Below are positions 51,455 to 60,986 of a DNA stretch of 64,000 bases, in pieces. The stretch is from Nitrospirota bacterium (GTDB lineage: Bacteria; Nitrospirota; Nitrospiria; Nitrospirales; Nitrospiraceae), in assembly GCA_963703955.1 (NCBI GenBank), contig CAVPGK010000011.1, positions 1 through 64,000 on the forward strand, given 5' to 3'. Below the pieces are notes generated by a model. That model saw only the letters and a list, made by a program, of their open reading frames with translations. It made no database searches and was not told the DNA's origin. Each line of letters starts with the position of its first letter. Position 1 is the stretch's first letter. The position numbers and the translations under genes were made by a program.

Positions 51455-52504
51455 TTGGCTACCGTGGCGCTCAAGGATCAGTTTCGAGATCATCCTACAT
51501 TCGGGTTCGCGGACTGGGTGCTGAGAGGAATCGGACAGGTGGTGTTTCAGAACAACCCGATCTCGGGCGGGGTAATTTTGGGAGCGATCTTTTACAACTC
51601 GTGGATCTACGGGATTGTGTGTCTGTTCGGAACCGTCATCAGCACGTTGACTGCCCTTTGGTTGAAGGCCGACAAGGGGATGATCAAGGACGGGCTGTTC
51701 GGGTTCAACGGCGCGCTGATTGCGATCGCCCTCGTCGCCTACACGAGCAAAGACTTCACGCACGGTAATCTGCCCAATGGGTACCTCTGGCTCTACATCG
51801 TGTTGAGCGCGGCATTTACGTCGGTTCTAGTTCCTGCCTTTGGAGCTATTCTGGGGCCTCATAAAGTACCAGGACTCACTATGCCTTTTGTATTGGCCAC
51901 CTGGTTCTTTCTGGGCGCGTTGCTGCAGTTCGGCACCATTGATGTGTCCGACGCCCTCAAGCCGACCTCCCCTTCAGACTTTACCGGTCCGAGACCGGAC
52001 TACACCTGGATCACCTGGTTTCACGGAATTACGATGGGCATCGCAGAGATCTTCTTTCAGGACAACTGGGTGACCGGAGTAATCATGTTGATCGGGATTG
52101 CCATCAATACGCGGGTTGGCGCGCTCATGGCGCTCATGGGCTCCACGGTCGCCGTCGCGGTGGCCGTCACGTACGGCGCGCATGATGAGGCCATCCGCGA
52201 CGGGTTGTTCGGCTACAATGCCGCGCTGACCGCGATGGCCCTCGGCGGACTGTTCTCTCTGCTCACCTTACCTGGAATCGTCTATACCCTGATCGGCGTC
52301 CTGGTCACAGCCCGAGTCTGGGCGTCCCTCGGCATTTTTCTAGAACCAACCGGCATGCCGGTGCTGACCTCCGCCTTCGTCTTCGTGACGTGGCTGATGC
52401 TGTTGGCGGAAAAAGGCTTTACAGCGTTGGTCTCCATTCCACCGGCAGAGGCGACCACCCCGGAGGATAATCTGGCGCGGTATAAGGCGAGTCAGAAGAG
52501 ATAA
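51455..52504 (+). CDS. UT-family urea channel (Utp/Yut-like)
   Basis: Duplicated UT signatures GIGQVVFQNN..GLFGFNG and GIAEIFFQDN..GLFGYNA. TTG start after GGAGG. Confidence 0.92.
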   Translation: MATVALKDQFRDHPTFGFADWVLRGIGQVVFQNNPISGGVILGAIFYNSWIYGIVCLFGTVISTLTALWLKADKGMIKDGLFGFNGALIAIALVAYTSKDFTHGNLPNGYLWLYIVLSAAFTSVLVPAFGAILGPHKVPGLTMPFVLATWFFLGALLQFGTIDVSDALKPTSPSDFTGPRPDYTWITWFHGITMGIAEIFFQDNWVTGVIMLIGIAINTRVGALMALMGSTVAVAVAVTYGAHDEAIRDGLFGYNAALTAMALGGLFSLLTLPGIVYTLIGVLVTARVWASLGIFLEPTGMPVLTSAFVFVTWLMLLAEKGFTALVSIPPAEATTPEDNLARYKASQKR

Positions 52505-53772
52505 GTCACTTCCAAGGAGAGCGTCGGCTGGTAGTTGGTGGCTCGTCCGCCGACCTGGAACACGTTCTTGTCGGACTTGTCATAGCGATATTCAAGGCGG
52601 GTCGTGATGGTGGAGATGGGTTTGAACTGCAGGGTGGCGGTGACCTCCCATAATGTCTGTGCGACCGGCGGAGCTGGGGCGGTGGAAGTGGCCCCGAAGC
52701 AGACATTGGCCCTGGGCTGATAGGCGGTCGTCCCGCCGCAGGTCGTAAAGCCTCCGGCATCTTCAAATATCTCGCCTCGAAGCCTGACTCCCCATTGGTG
52801 ATTGAAGTCATACATCACATAGGTCGCGACACCGTTCCAACGCGCATTTCCGGCCGAACTGATCACACTACTGTTCGGTTGGTTGGCGTAGTAGGACTCT
52901 AGGACTGCTGATGCCTGCTCAGTCAGGTGGAAGCTGAGAAACCCGCCGACAAGAATGATGGTGCCACCATTGGTTCCGGGTGCGCCCGGCCTGGTTCCTG
53001 CCAGGCCATACAGCGTGAGTCTCACCTTGTCCGATGGCGTGATCGTCAGAGCCGATTCCAGAAGCGGGTCATATTGGGTATTGGCTTGAGCCGAGTTGAT
53101 ATAGCCGATCGCTCCTACGGACAGGGAGACGTGCTCATTGAATGCATAGGATGCGCGCGCCCCACGCGTCGTGAAGGGCTGACCAAGGCCAAACAGCCAC
53201 GAACGGGAATAGTTTGGGTTGCGCGGGCCCTCGATGACTTCGTACCCAACCAGGCCATTCACCTGGCCGAGTGTCACGTCCAATCCGTTACCGATGGGAG
53301 CGATGTGGTGAATATAGAACTCCTGAAAGTCCGCATAGGGGCTCAGATTGACGCCGCCGATAAAGGCGGAATCTTTCCCGGCATTGAATTTGACTTTAAA
53401 CCCGGTTCGATTCAGCCAATCACCGGCGGGCTTCGCCTCCCTTTCAAGGACAAATTGGGCAAGATTCGGCCGAAACTCGTTCGAATTTACGTCAAAGATG
53501 CGGAGCTGATTGATCCGGTTGGAGGGATTGTTGAAGTTCTGCGTGTAGGAGCCTTCGAGATATCCGTAGAACCGAAGACCGAGGGATTCAGACAGAGGCC
53601 GCCCCTCGACGGCTTTCTCAGCCGCCTTGTGACGAAGCGAGACGTGCTCCTGCTCGCCAGCAACCGTGGCCGGCTCTTCCTCGGCGAGCGCATCATGGAT
53701 ATGGGCAATTGAAACCGAAAGGATAACGGCTAAGAGAATTGGACTGGCAGGGAACGGAACAGTCCTATGCAG
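52492..53772 (-). CDS. Outer-membrane porin / beta-barrel (426 aa) with apparent CTG start
   Basis: The 52492..53283 frame stays open to CTG at 53772 after AAGGAG. Signal peptide, YGYLEGSYTQNFN, GYEVIE..N.NYSRS, RLEYRYD and terminal YLF. Confidence 0.85.
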   Translation of the reverse strand: MHRTVPFPASPILLAVILSVSIAHIHDALAEEEPATVAGEQEHVSLRHKAAEKAVEGRPLSESLGLRFYGYLEGSYTQNFNNPSNRINQLRIFDVNSNEFRPNLAQFVLEREAKPAGDWLNRTGFKVKFNAGKDSAFIGGVNLSPYADFQEFYIHHIAPIGNGLDVTLGQVNGLVGYEVIEGPRNPNYSRSWLFGLGQPFTTRGARASYAFNEHVSLSVGAIGYINSAQANTQYDPLLESALTITPSDKVRLTLYGLAGTRPGAPGTNGGTIILVGGFLSFHLTEQASAVLESYYANQPNSSVISSAGNARWNGVATYVMYDFNHQWGVRLRGEIFEDAGGFTTCGGTTAYQPRANVCFGATSTAPAPPVAQTLWEVTATLQFKPISTITTRLEYRYDKSDKNVFQVGGRATNYQPTLSLEVTYLF

Positions 53773-53830
53773 CGGTCAGCTCCTTGCCGTGCGAGCGAGT
53801 GAGCATGATCAACGCCGTCCGTCGATCACT

Positions 53831-54196
53831 TCATGGAATGCCTAGGACTTCTCTCGCATCATAGTACATCAACCCGTCCGAGGACTTCCGTCCCTTGAAC
53901 AGCAGAAGCGTCACCGACACGCTTCGCTGATACGTCAGCGCATCAAATCTCTGCCCCATCACAAAGGAATCGTAACCCTCTCGGAGGGTGACCTCCGCGC
54001 AGCGCCTGTGCAGAAACTCATCAAGCGCCGTCTGTGAAGTAAAAGGACTCACGCGATATTCGACCCGAAAGGTATCCTCTTTCAGTTGAGTGATCTGCTC
54101 AGCAGGCGCCTCGTCCAACGGCTGATACCGTGTGGTCGCGCAACTCTGCAGCAAGAGAATTAGGCTTAACTGGACCAGTCGAAGCGTGACAGGCAT
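53831..54196 (-). CDS. Hypothetical lipoprotein
   Basis: Lipobox LLLQSC, then ATTRYQP and RRCAEVTLREGYDSF. Confidence 0.75.
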   Translation of the reverse strand: MPVTLRLVQLSLILLLQSCATTRYQPLDEAPAEQITQLKEDTFRVEYRVSPFTSQTALDEFLHRRCAEVTLREGYDSFVMGQRFDALTYQRSVSVTLLLFKGRKSSDGLMYYDAREVLGIP

Positions 54197-54355
54197 CTTC
54201 CTAGCCTCAGGATCATCCCATTAAGCAACATGATTTCCGCCAATGGCCAGGAGTGGAACGCGTTTTTACTCCTCCCGCAGAATGCTAAAGAACTTTCAGG
54301 AATCCTTAGCGCGCAAGAGACGAACTTGGAGGATTCCGATATACCGTAGAGAGCT

Positions 54356-54914
54356 TTAGTCTCTGCCGACCCACCACGGCAAGTCCTGTCCAAACTTAAC
54401 AGCCCGTTCCTTCGCCAAACGATCACGTTGTTGAATGCGGCTCACAACGTACGCAACGGCTTCGCCGTCTGTCATTATCTGGATACCCCTGCGCTTCAGC
54501 TCTTCCCTCTTACCAATAATTCCACCTGGTTGACGCTTTGATCCCCCATCATTGGTCACAAGGATTGTCTGATACTTTCCTGCCGTGAAGACTATACTAG
54601 CATCGTTGCGTTCCGACTCTGACTTTGCGCCGTTGGGGAATAGAATTCTTTCTATTTCTTGAAGTTCTTGTCGTTCGTTTTCCGTCGTGGCAAGCGGAGA
54701 AGAGTAGATATACTCTGAGCGCTTTGGAACTCCGGTGAGCATCGTTACCACTGGTCGCCTCGTTTAGTGCTGGCTGGGACATCTCGATTGAAATCACCTC
54801 ATCATCATGCCACTTTTCCAACCTATTCATGTTTTCGAGGGTGCCACGCGCATTAATTCGGTTTGTATCTATATGAAAGGCAAGATCGGCTATCCTTCGA
54901 TTGATGGCGTTCAA
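54356..54914 (-). CDS. Putative PIN-domain protein (frameshift near 54716), AT-rich
   Basis: FHIDTN ... NE ... NDASIV ... ILVTND acidic pattern across ORFs 54597..54914 and 54356..54751. Confidence 0.6.
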
Positions 54915-54916
54915 AG

Positions 54917-56160
54917 TGGGCTGCTGCCGGTGTGGTTGACACCCGCTTACGCTACTCCGGCCTTCATTTCGAACTCCATCGGGCTGAGATACCCCAGCGT
55001 GGAGTGCCGCCGCGTCGGATTGTAGAAACGTTCGATGTAATCGAACACGTCGGCCCTCGCCTGGGCTCGCGTGCGGTATGTCTTAGCTGCCGTGCGTTCG
55101 GTTTTTAGTGAGGAGAAGAAGCTCTCCATTGCCGCATTGTCCCAGGCGTTGCCGGCCCGGCTCATGCTACAGGTGACGCCGTGGTCGGCCAAGAGCCGCT
55201 GGAAAGGCTCACTCGTGTACTGGCTGCCTGGATCAGAGTGATGCAGCCCGGTCTCGGGCTTCCCCCGCCGCCAGAGCGCCATCACGAGCGCATCGGTGAC
55301 GAGTTGCGCGGTCATTGTCGCACTCATGGACCAGCCGACCACCCGTCGCGAAAAGAGATCGATGACGGCGGCGACGTAGAGCCACCCTTCGGCGGTCCAG
55401 AGATAGGTGAAGTCCGCAACCCATTTGCGGTTCGGCGGACGAGGCGTCAAAGGACCGGTTGAGCACATTCGGCGGCCAGGGCGTTCGTCGAGTGCACGGC
55501 CGTCTCGGCGGGCACCCGACGCCGTCTAGGACGTGCGCGCAAGGCCGTTGCCGCATCAGCCGCTCGATCCGATGAAGGCCGCAGGCGATTCCCTCCGCGA
55601 GCAGGTCGTGCCAGACACGTCGAGCCGCCGTAGGTGCGGTCGCTGGTGAGGAAGCTGGCCCGGACTCTGGCGCCGCAGCGCTCGTCGGGCGAGCGCGAGG
55701 ACTGGGCGGACGAGTCAGCCAGGCATAGAAGCCCCCCCGCGAGACACCGAGCGCCTCGCACAACCACGCCGGCCGGCCAGATCCCCCGGTGCTTCGCGAT
55801 GAAGGCGAACTTCACAGCGACTCCTTCGCGAAGTAGGCCGCGGCTTTTTTTCAAGATGTCCCGCTCGGCCTTGAGCTTGGGCACTTCGCGGCGGAGCCGC
55901 GCGATCTCAAGCTGATCGGGCTTCATCTGCCCCTGGCCAGGGAAGGCATGCTGCGGATCGGCTGCATCTCTGCACCCAGCGCCAACACCGTGCTATGCAC
56001 GCCCAAATCGCGCGCGGCTTGCGCCACGGTCACCCCGCGTTCCCTGATCAGCTTGACGGCCTCAACTTTGAACTCCCGCGTAAACTTCCGTCGCTCCATG
56101 GCTCACCTCCGGTTTCATCCATACACCTAACTCGGTGTCTTTGAAACCGGCAGCAGCCCA
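54917..56160 (-). mobile_element. IS3-family insertion sequence (1244 bp) with 3-bp AAG target duplication
   Basis: Ends TGGGCTGCTGCCGG.. and ..CCGGCAGCAGCCCA, with AAG on both flanks. OrfA MERRKFTREFKVEAVKL (ATG 56099); OrfB DDE motifs WVADFTY, HHSDPGSQY and DNAAMESFF. Confidence 0.96.
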
Positions 56161-56257
56161 AAGGCCTCCCTCCCGCAATAGCTCGGTTCACCAATCTCCT
56201 GTCTGCACTGTACCACTAGCTCCGTTTTTCTAGCTTCACTTTGCTCTAGGTGAGGCC

Positions 56258-56445
56258 CTACTGCGCGCGTCCATTACACCCACCCACCCCAAGCCTGCCA
56301 AGACAGGCTTTCTTCCCGTGGGACGTGCCCCTTTTTTCTTCACCCGCCCACCATGGGCTCGCCGAGACGAGCCTCTCCCAAGGCGAGCACCCTGCGAGCG
56401 TGCGCGTTCTGCGAGCAACTGAGACCGACCTGGCTATCCCATGTC
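56258..56445. repeat. Degenerate intergenic repeat family (other copies near 24780-24890, 56597-56670, 60950-60985)
   Basis: AGCCTGCyAAGACAGG at 56292 and 24786; CTACTGCGCGCGTCCA at 56258 and 56597; CGAGCA core in all four copies. Confidence 0.6.
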
Positions 56446-56514
56446 CTAGACGATCAAATGCTGTTTCACCTGTTCCGCGCTCAATTCCGATGTCTTGCCC
56501 GTCGCCACCACCGC
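56446..56514 (-). pseudogene. Duplicate of the last 23 codons of urtE
   Basis: AVVATGKTSELSAEQVKQHLIV* versus AVVATGKTSELSAEQVKQHLVV* at 56689-56757. Confidence 0.9.
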
Positions 56515-56688
56515 TCTTCTCTTGTTCTTTTCCTCAGTTCTCCATCACTCACAACGGGCAAGGCACCTATTTTTGACGGAGTGGCTGGGTCAGGCTCTAC
56601 TGCGCGCGTCCAACGAGGGCCTTCTGAGGCCGCGCGTTGCGCGAGCACGGAGTCTGACCCAGTCGCTCCGTCTCCGACTATCCTGTCT

Positions 56689-57399
56689 TCAAACCACCAA
56701 ATGCTGCTTCACTTGCTCCGCGCTTAACTCCGATGTCTTGCCCGTTGCCACCACCGCCCCTTTGGCCATAATCACGTAGGTGTCCGCGAGTCGCGCGGCG
56801 AATTGAATGCCCTGTTCCACCAGCAGGATCGCGAACTGTCGCTGGGTCTTGAACCCGATGATGACTTCCTCGATGTGATCCACGATCGAGGGTTGGATGC
56901 CTTCCGTCGGCTCATCGAGCAACAATAGCTTTGGTTTCGCTAGCAGCGCCCGGGCGATCGCCAATTGCTGTTGCTCACCTCCGCTCAGCACCCCGCCCGG
57001 GCGTTCCAGCAGCACCGTCAACCTGGGAAAGAGTACAAACACTTCCTCAAAGGCCGCCTTTTCAGAAACGTGATTCCCCGACGGCGGTCTGGCCTCAAGG
57101 CCAAGCTGCAGATTCTCCCGCACGGTCAGATGGGGAAAAATTTCTCGCCCTTGCGGCACATACGCCAGGCCACGGCGGATTCGACGATCGGGCGTTTCGT
57201 GTGAGATATCGGCGCCGTTGAATTCGATTGTTCCTGTCCGTGATCGCAGGAGTCCCATGATGGTCTTAAGCAGGGTGGTCTTGCCGACACCGTTCCGACC
57301 CATGAGGCAGAGCACCTGCCCCGGCTCGACTTCAAACGTCACATTCCTGAGAATGTGGCTTTCGCCATAGTACACATTCAGGTTATCGAGCCGCAGCAT
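56689..57399 (-). CDS. urtE: Urea ABC transporter ATP-binding subunit
   Basis: GRNGVGKTT, YVPQGREIFP, LSGGEQQQLAI and DEPTEGIQPSI. Confidence 0.95.
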   Translation of the reverse strand: MLRLDNLNVYYGESHILRNVTFEVEPGQVLCLMGRNGVGKTTLLKTIMGLLRSRTGTIEFNGADISHETPDRRIRRGLAYVPQGREIFPHLTVRENLQLGLEARPPSGNHVSEKAAFEEVFVLFPRLTVLLERPGGVLSGGEQQQLAIARALLAKPKLLLLDEPTEGIQPSIVDHIEEVIIGFKTQRQFAILLVEQGIQFAARLADTYVIMAKGAVVATGKTSELSAEQVKQHLVV

Positions 57400-58168
57400 C
57401 CGCCACCCTTTGCCGCCCCAGATAAATCTCGACCACGCGCGGATCGGACTGAATCGTGTCCACCGGCCCTTCACACAGGACCATGCCTTCGTGCAGCACC
57501 GTGATCGTACGGGCAATCTGTCGCACAAACTCCATGTCGTGTTCAATCACGATGATGGAATGGCGGTCAGCCAGCGACTGCAGCAGCAGGCCTGTCTGCT
57601 CGGTCTCGCGGTCGGTCATCCCGGCGACCGGTTCATCGACCAGGAGCAGGGCCGGATCCTGCAGCAACACCATCCCGATTTCCAGCCACTGTTTCTCCCC
57701 GTGAGAGAGCGCTCCGGCCCGTACCATCGCCTTGTCCGAAAGGCCGATTGTCTCCATCATCGAGCTGATCTGTTGCGCTTCCTCCGCGGTTGGCTTCGAC
57801 CGCAACGTGGCAAGCACCCCCTTGCTGGTCCGGCGGAGCGACAGGTCCAGATTCTCCCAGACAGTCAGGTTGGTGTAGACCGAAGGCGTCTGAAACTTCC
57901 GACCGATGCCCAGCGTCGCGATCTCATGCTCCGGGCGTCCGATCAGATCCGTATCCTTGCCGAAGATCACCCGACCGGCGACAGGCATCACCTTTCCGGA
58001 GATCACATCCAGCAGCGTGGTTTTACCGGCGCCGTTGGGTCCGATCACGACCCGGAGTTCACGATAATCGACGATGAAGTTCAGATTACGGAGGGCCTTG
58101 AACCCGTCAAAATCGACGGTGACGCCTTCCAGGTAGATTATTGAGCCGCGTTCCGTAGAACCGGTCAC
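57383..58168 (-). CDS. urtD: Urea ABC transporter ATP-binding subunit
   Basis: GPNGAGKTT, GIGRKFQTP, LSHGEKQWLEIGM and DEPVAGMT. Confidence 0.95.
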   Translation of the reverse strand: MTGSTERGSIIYLEGVTVDFDGFKALRNLNFIVDYRELRVVIGPNGAGKTTLLDVISGKVMPVAGRVIFGKDTDLIGRPEHEIATLGIGRKFQTPSVYTNLTVWENLDLSLRRTSKGVLATLRSKPTAEEAQQISSMMETIGLSDKAMVRAGALSHGEKQWLEIGMVLLQDPALLLVDEPVAGMTDRETEQTGLLLQSLADRHSIIVIEHDMEFVRQIARTITVLHEGMVLCEGPVDTIQSDPRVVEIYLGRQRVADAAAR

Positions 58169-59301
58169 GAGGTTGCCACCTTCTTGGAAAGACCCGGCCA
58201 ACGGAACTGCCGACCGCCGCTGAGCTTTCGAACGAGGCCAACAAACCCCTCGGGAAAGAGGAGCACCACCGCCACAAAGAGTCCTCCGAGGAAGAAGGGC
58301 CACAGGTCGGGGAAATGATTGGTCAACACGCTTCGCGCCCAATTGACTCCAATGGCCCCGAACACCGCGCCGACAAGGGTCCCGCGGCCGCCGACCGCGA
58401 CCCAGATGACCATTTCCAGTGATGGGAGCACGCCGATCTGACTCGGGGTGATGATGCCGACCTGAGGCACATAGAGCGCGCCGGCCAAACCGGCCAACGC
58501 GGCTGAGACGACAAAGACGAAGAGCTTGTAATTGGAAGGAGAGTACCCTGAAAAGAGCACCCGCTGCTCGCTGTCCCGGATGGCCACCAGAACCTTTCCG
58601 GCGCGCGACCGAGTAATCCAGCGGCACACGAAATAAGCCATTCCCAGGCAGAGGACGGTCACGACGTAGAGTGTACGTTGAGTGCCCGAGTCGCTCAGGC
58701 GGAAGCCGAGTATGGTTTTGAAATCGGTCAGCCCGTTCGTGCCGCCTAGGTTGGTCTCATTTCGATTGAAGACCAGCCAGGCGGACAGCGCCAATGCTTG
58801 AGTGATAATGGCGAAGTAGACCCCTTTGATCCGACTGCGGAAGGCGAGGAATCCAAAGATCGTCGCAAAGAGCGTGGGGATCAGGATCGCCGCGGCAAGA
58901 GAGAACCCAAAGCTATAAAAGGGTTTCCAAAAAAACGGGAGCTTCTTGACTTGATTCCATACCATGAAATCCGGCAGGGCGCTTCCATACACACTTTCGG
59001 TTCCGATCGACAACATGAGATGCATGCCGATTGCATAGGCGCCCAACCCGAAAAAAACTCCGTGGCCGAGGCTCAGGATCCCCGTGTAGCCCCAGATCAG
59101 ATCGAGTCCCAGCGCCAAGATGGCAAAGGCGAGAAACTTCCCGAATCGGTTCAACGTAAAATCGGAAACATGGAGCCAGGAGTCCGGCGAGGGCATGACG
59201 TTAAGGAGCGGCATGCCCATGAGAAGAACCAAGCCGACCACCCAGAAGGTAAGACTTTCGCCTCGCTCACCGCCATGCCCGTTATCTCGCCAGACGTTCA
59301 T
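58165..59301 (-). CDS. urtC: Urea ABC transporter permease
   Basis: DLIWGYTGILSLGH, RIKGVYFAIITQA, GGTNGLTDF and WVAVGGRGTL. Confidence 0.95.
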   Translation of the reverse strand: MNVWRDNGHGGERGESLTFWVVGLVLLMGMPLLNVMPSPDSWLHVSDFTLNRFGKFLAFAILALGLDLIWGYTGILSLGHGVFFGLGAYAIGMHLMLSIGTESVYGSALPDFMVWNQVKKLPFFWKPFYSFGFSLAAAILIPTLFATIFGFLAFRSRIKGVYFAIITQALALSAWLVFNRNETNLGGTNGLTDFKTILGFRLSDSGTQRTLYVVTVLCLGMAYFVCRWITRSRAGKVLVAIRDSEQRVLFSGYSPSNYKLFVFVVSAALAGLAGALYVPQVGIITPSQIGVLPSLEMVIWVAVGGRGTLVGAVFGAIGVNWARSVLTNHFPDLWPFFLGGLFVAVVLLFPEGFVGLVRKLSGGRQFRWPGLSKKVATS

Positions 59302-59379
59302 TCTTAAATACTTACGCTCTGATGTTGAGGTTCAGGCTGAGGTTGAGCTTGAGCAAGATTGTGCTCAGGCAGAGCCTTA

Positions 59380-60918
59380 CTACCCCTCGGCATGACGCCC
59401 TTTGATGGCAAAGAGTCCGGATGGACGGCGTTGGAGGAAAAGGATCACAAGGATCAAGATCAGCACCTTCCCATAGACGGCGCCGAAGCTCGGCTCCAGA
59501 AGCTTGTTCAACCCACCGATACCTAACGACGCCACGATAGTGCCCGCCAGCTTGCCGACGCCGCCGGTGACGACGACCATGAAGGAATCCACAATGTAGT
59601 TCTGGCCAAGACCGGGTTCGACATTCCCGACCAGCGTGAGGGCGCAACCGGCCAACCCCGCCAACCCTGAACCGAAGGCAAAGGTATATGCGTCCACTCG
59701 ACGGGTTGCAATACCCAGGCAGGCGCTCATATCTCGGTTCTGCATGACCGCCCGCACCCGGAGCCCGACACGCGATCGAAAGAGAAGTAAATAGATTCCG
59801 ACGACGCAAATCACCGCCAGCCCGATGATGAAAAGCCGGTTATACGGGAGCTGCACCCCAACCATGACCTGCGCCCCCCCGCTTAACCAACTGGGCGCGG
59901 CAACCGAGGTGAGGTCTCCGAACCAGACCCGGGCCGCCTGGATCAGAATCAAGCTCACTCCCCAGGTGGCAAGCATCGTTTCTAAGGGGCGGCCGTAAAG
60001 AAACCGAATGATCGTCGCTTCGAGCAGAAGTCCGAACAGACCCGCCGCCAGAAATGAGCAGGGCATGGCCGCAAGGAAGTAGTAATCGAAGAGGCTGGGC
60101 TGAAAATGCGCCTTAAATACCTCCTGCGTCAGGAAGGTGGCATAGGCGCCCACCATCATCAGTTCGCCATGTGCCATGTTGATTACGCCCATTAGACCGA
60201 AAACGATGGCCAAGCCCAAGGCCATAAGCAAGAGAATGGAGCTGAGACTGATTCCCCGGAACACGGTCTCGATCGCGCCGGTCCAGGTTCCCCAGACTTC
60301 GATCCGCTCAATCGCTTCGCGCGCTGCCTGGGTGACAAGCTGTGCGGACTGATCCTCTCCATGATCTTTGGTTGCTGCCAACTCTTTGAGCGCGGGGATT
60401 GCATTTTGACTGTGAAGTTCCCCGAGTTTGGCGGCCGCCGCCGCCTTCATGGCGCGGTCGTCACTCGACAGGTTAATGAGGTTGATGGATTCTTCGATCG
60501 TATAGCGCGCCCAGCGATCCGACTCATGCTGAAGGGCCGCTTCCAGCCACGGGACGGCGACCGGCTTGCCTAACGTACCGAGATCCGTAGCGGCCGAACG
60601 GCGTTGATCGGCATCCGCGCCGGTGAGCTTGACCTTGTTCCTGAGAAGGTCGATGACCGGCTTCATCAGGACGCGGACGCTTCGGTCCGCATTGGCACGA
60701 AACTCTTCGAGTCTCGGCAGCAGATTGGGATCATCAGCGACGATCAAGCTGTTGATCGCCGCTTCTTGAATTGCGGGATCATCACTCGACAGATTCGCCA
60801 GGGCTCGCTCTACCGAGGACGGCGGAGGGGACGCAATAGCCCCCTCCGCCGCGATAACATTGCTCGCGCCCACGAGCGTCGAAGCGAAGACCACTGAGGC
60901 CAATAAGACATGTCTCAT
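59380..60918 (-). CDS. urtB: Urea ABC transporter permease with N-terminal HEAT-like periplasmic region
   Basis: GLAIVFGLMGVINMAHGE, LYGRPLETMLATWG and IVDSFMVVVTGG. Confidence 0.94.
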   Translation of the reverse strand: MRHVLLASVVFASTLVGASNVIAAEGAIASPPPSSVERALANLSSDDPAIQEAAINSLIVADDPNLLPRLEEFRANADRSVRVLMKPVIDLLRNKVKLTGADADQRRSAATDLGTLGKPVAVPWLEAALQHESDRWARYTIEESINLINLSSDDRAMKAAAAAKLGELHSQNAIPALKELAATKDHGEDQSAQLVTQAAREAIERIEVWGTWTGAIETVFRGISLSSILLLMALGLAIVFGLMGVINMAHGELMMVGAYATFLTQEVFKAHFQPSLFDYYFLAAMPCSFLAAGLFGLLLEATIIRFLYGRPLETMLATWGVSLILIQAARVWFGDLTSVAAPSWLSGGAQVMVGVQLPYNRLFIIGLAVICVVGIYLLLFRSRVGLRVRAVMQNRDMSACLGIATRRVDAYTFAFGSGLAGLAGCALTLVGNVEPGLGQNYIVDSFMVVVTGGVGKLAGTIVASLGIGGLNKLLEPSFGAVYGKVLILILVILFLQRRPSGLFAIKGRHAEG

Positions 60919-60986
60919 TGGGATTGGCTGATGCTTCTATATCCCCGAGGGTGCGCGAGCACAGGGGGCAGTGCGGTCGTCCCCGC

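Noticed and set aside
56446..56757. Diversity-generating retroelement TR/VR pair
   Set aside because: The differences are mostly synonymous A<->G changes in both directions, not adenine-specific to one copy, and no reverse transcriptase is in the window.
59315..59355. Short hexamer-like repeats (GTTGAG/GTTCAG/GCTGAG), and 7-mer repeats at 910-945
   Set aside because: Low-complexity degenerate intergenic repeats with no evidence of function.
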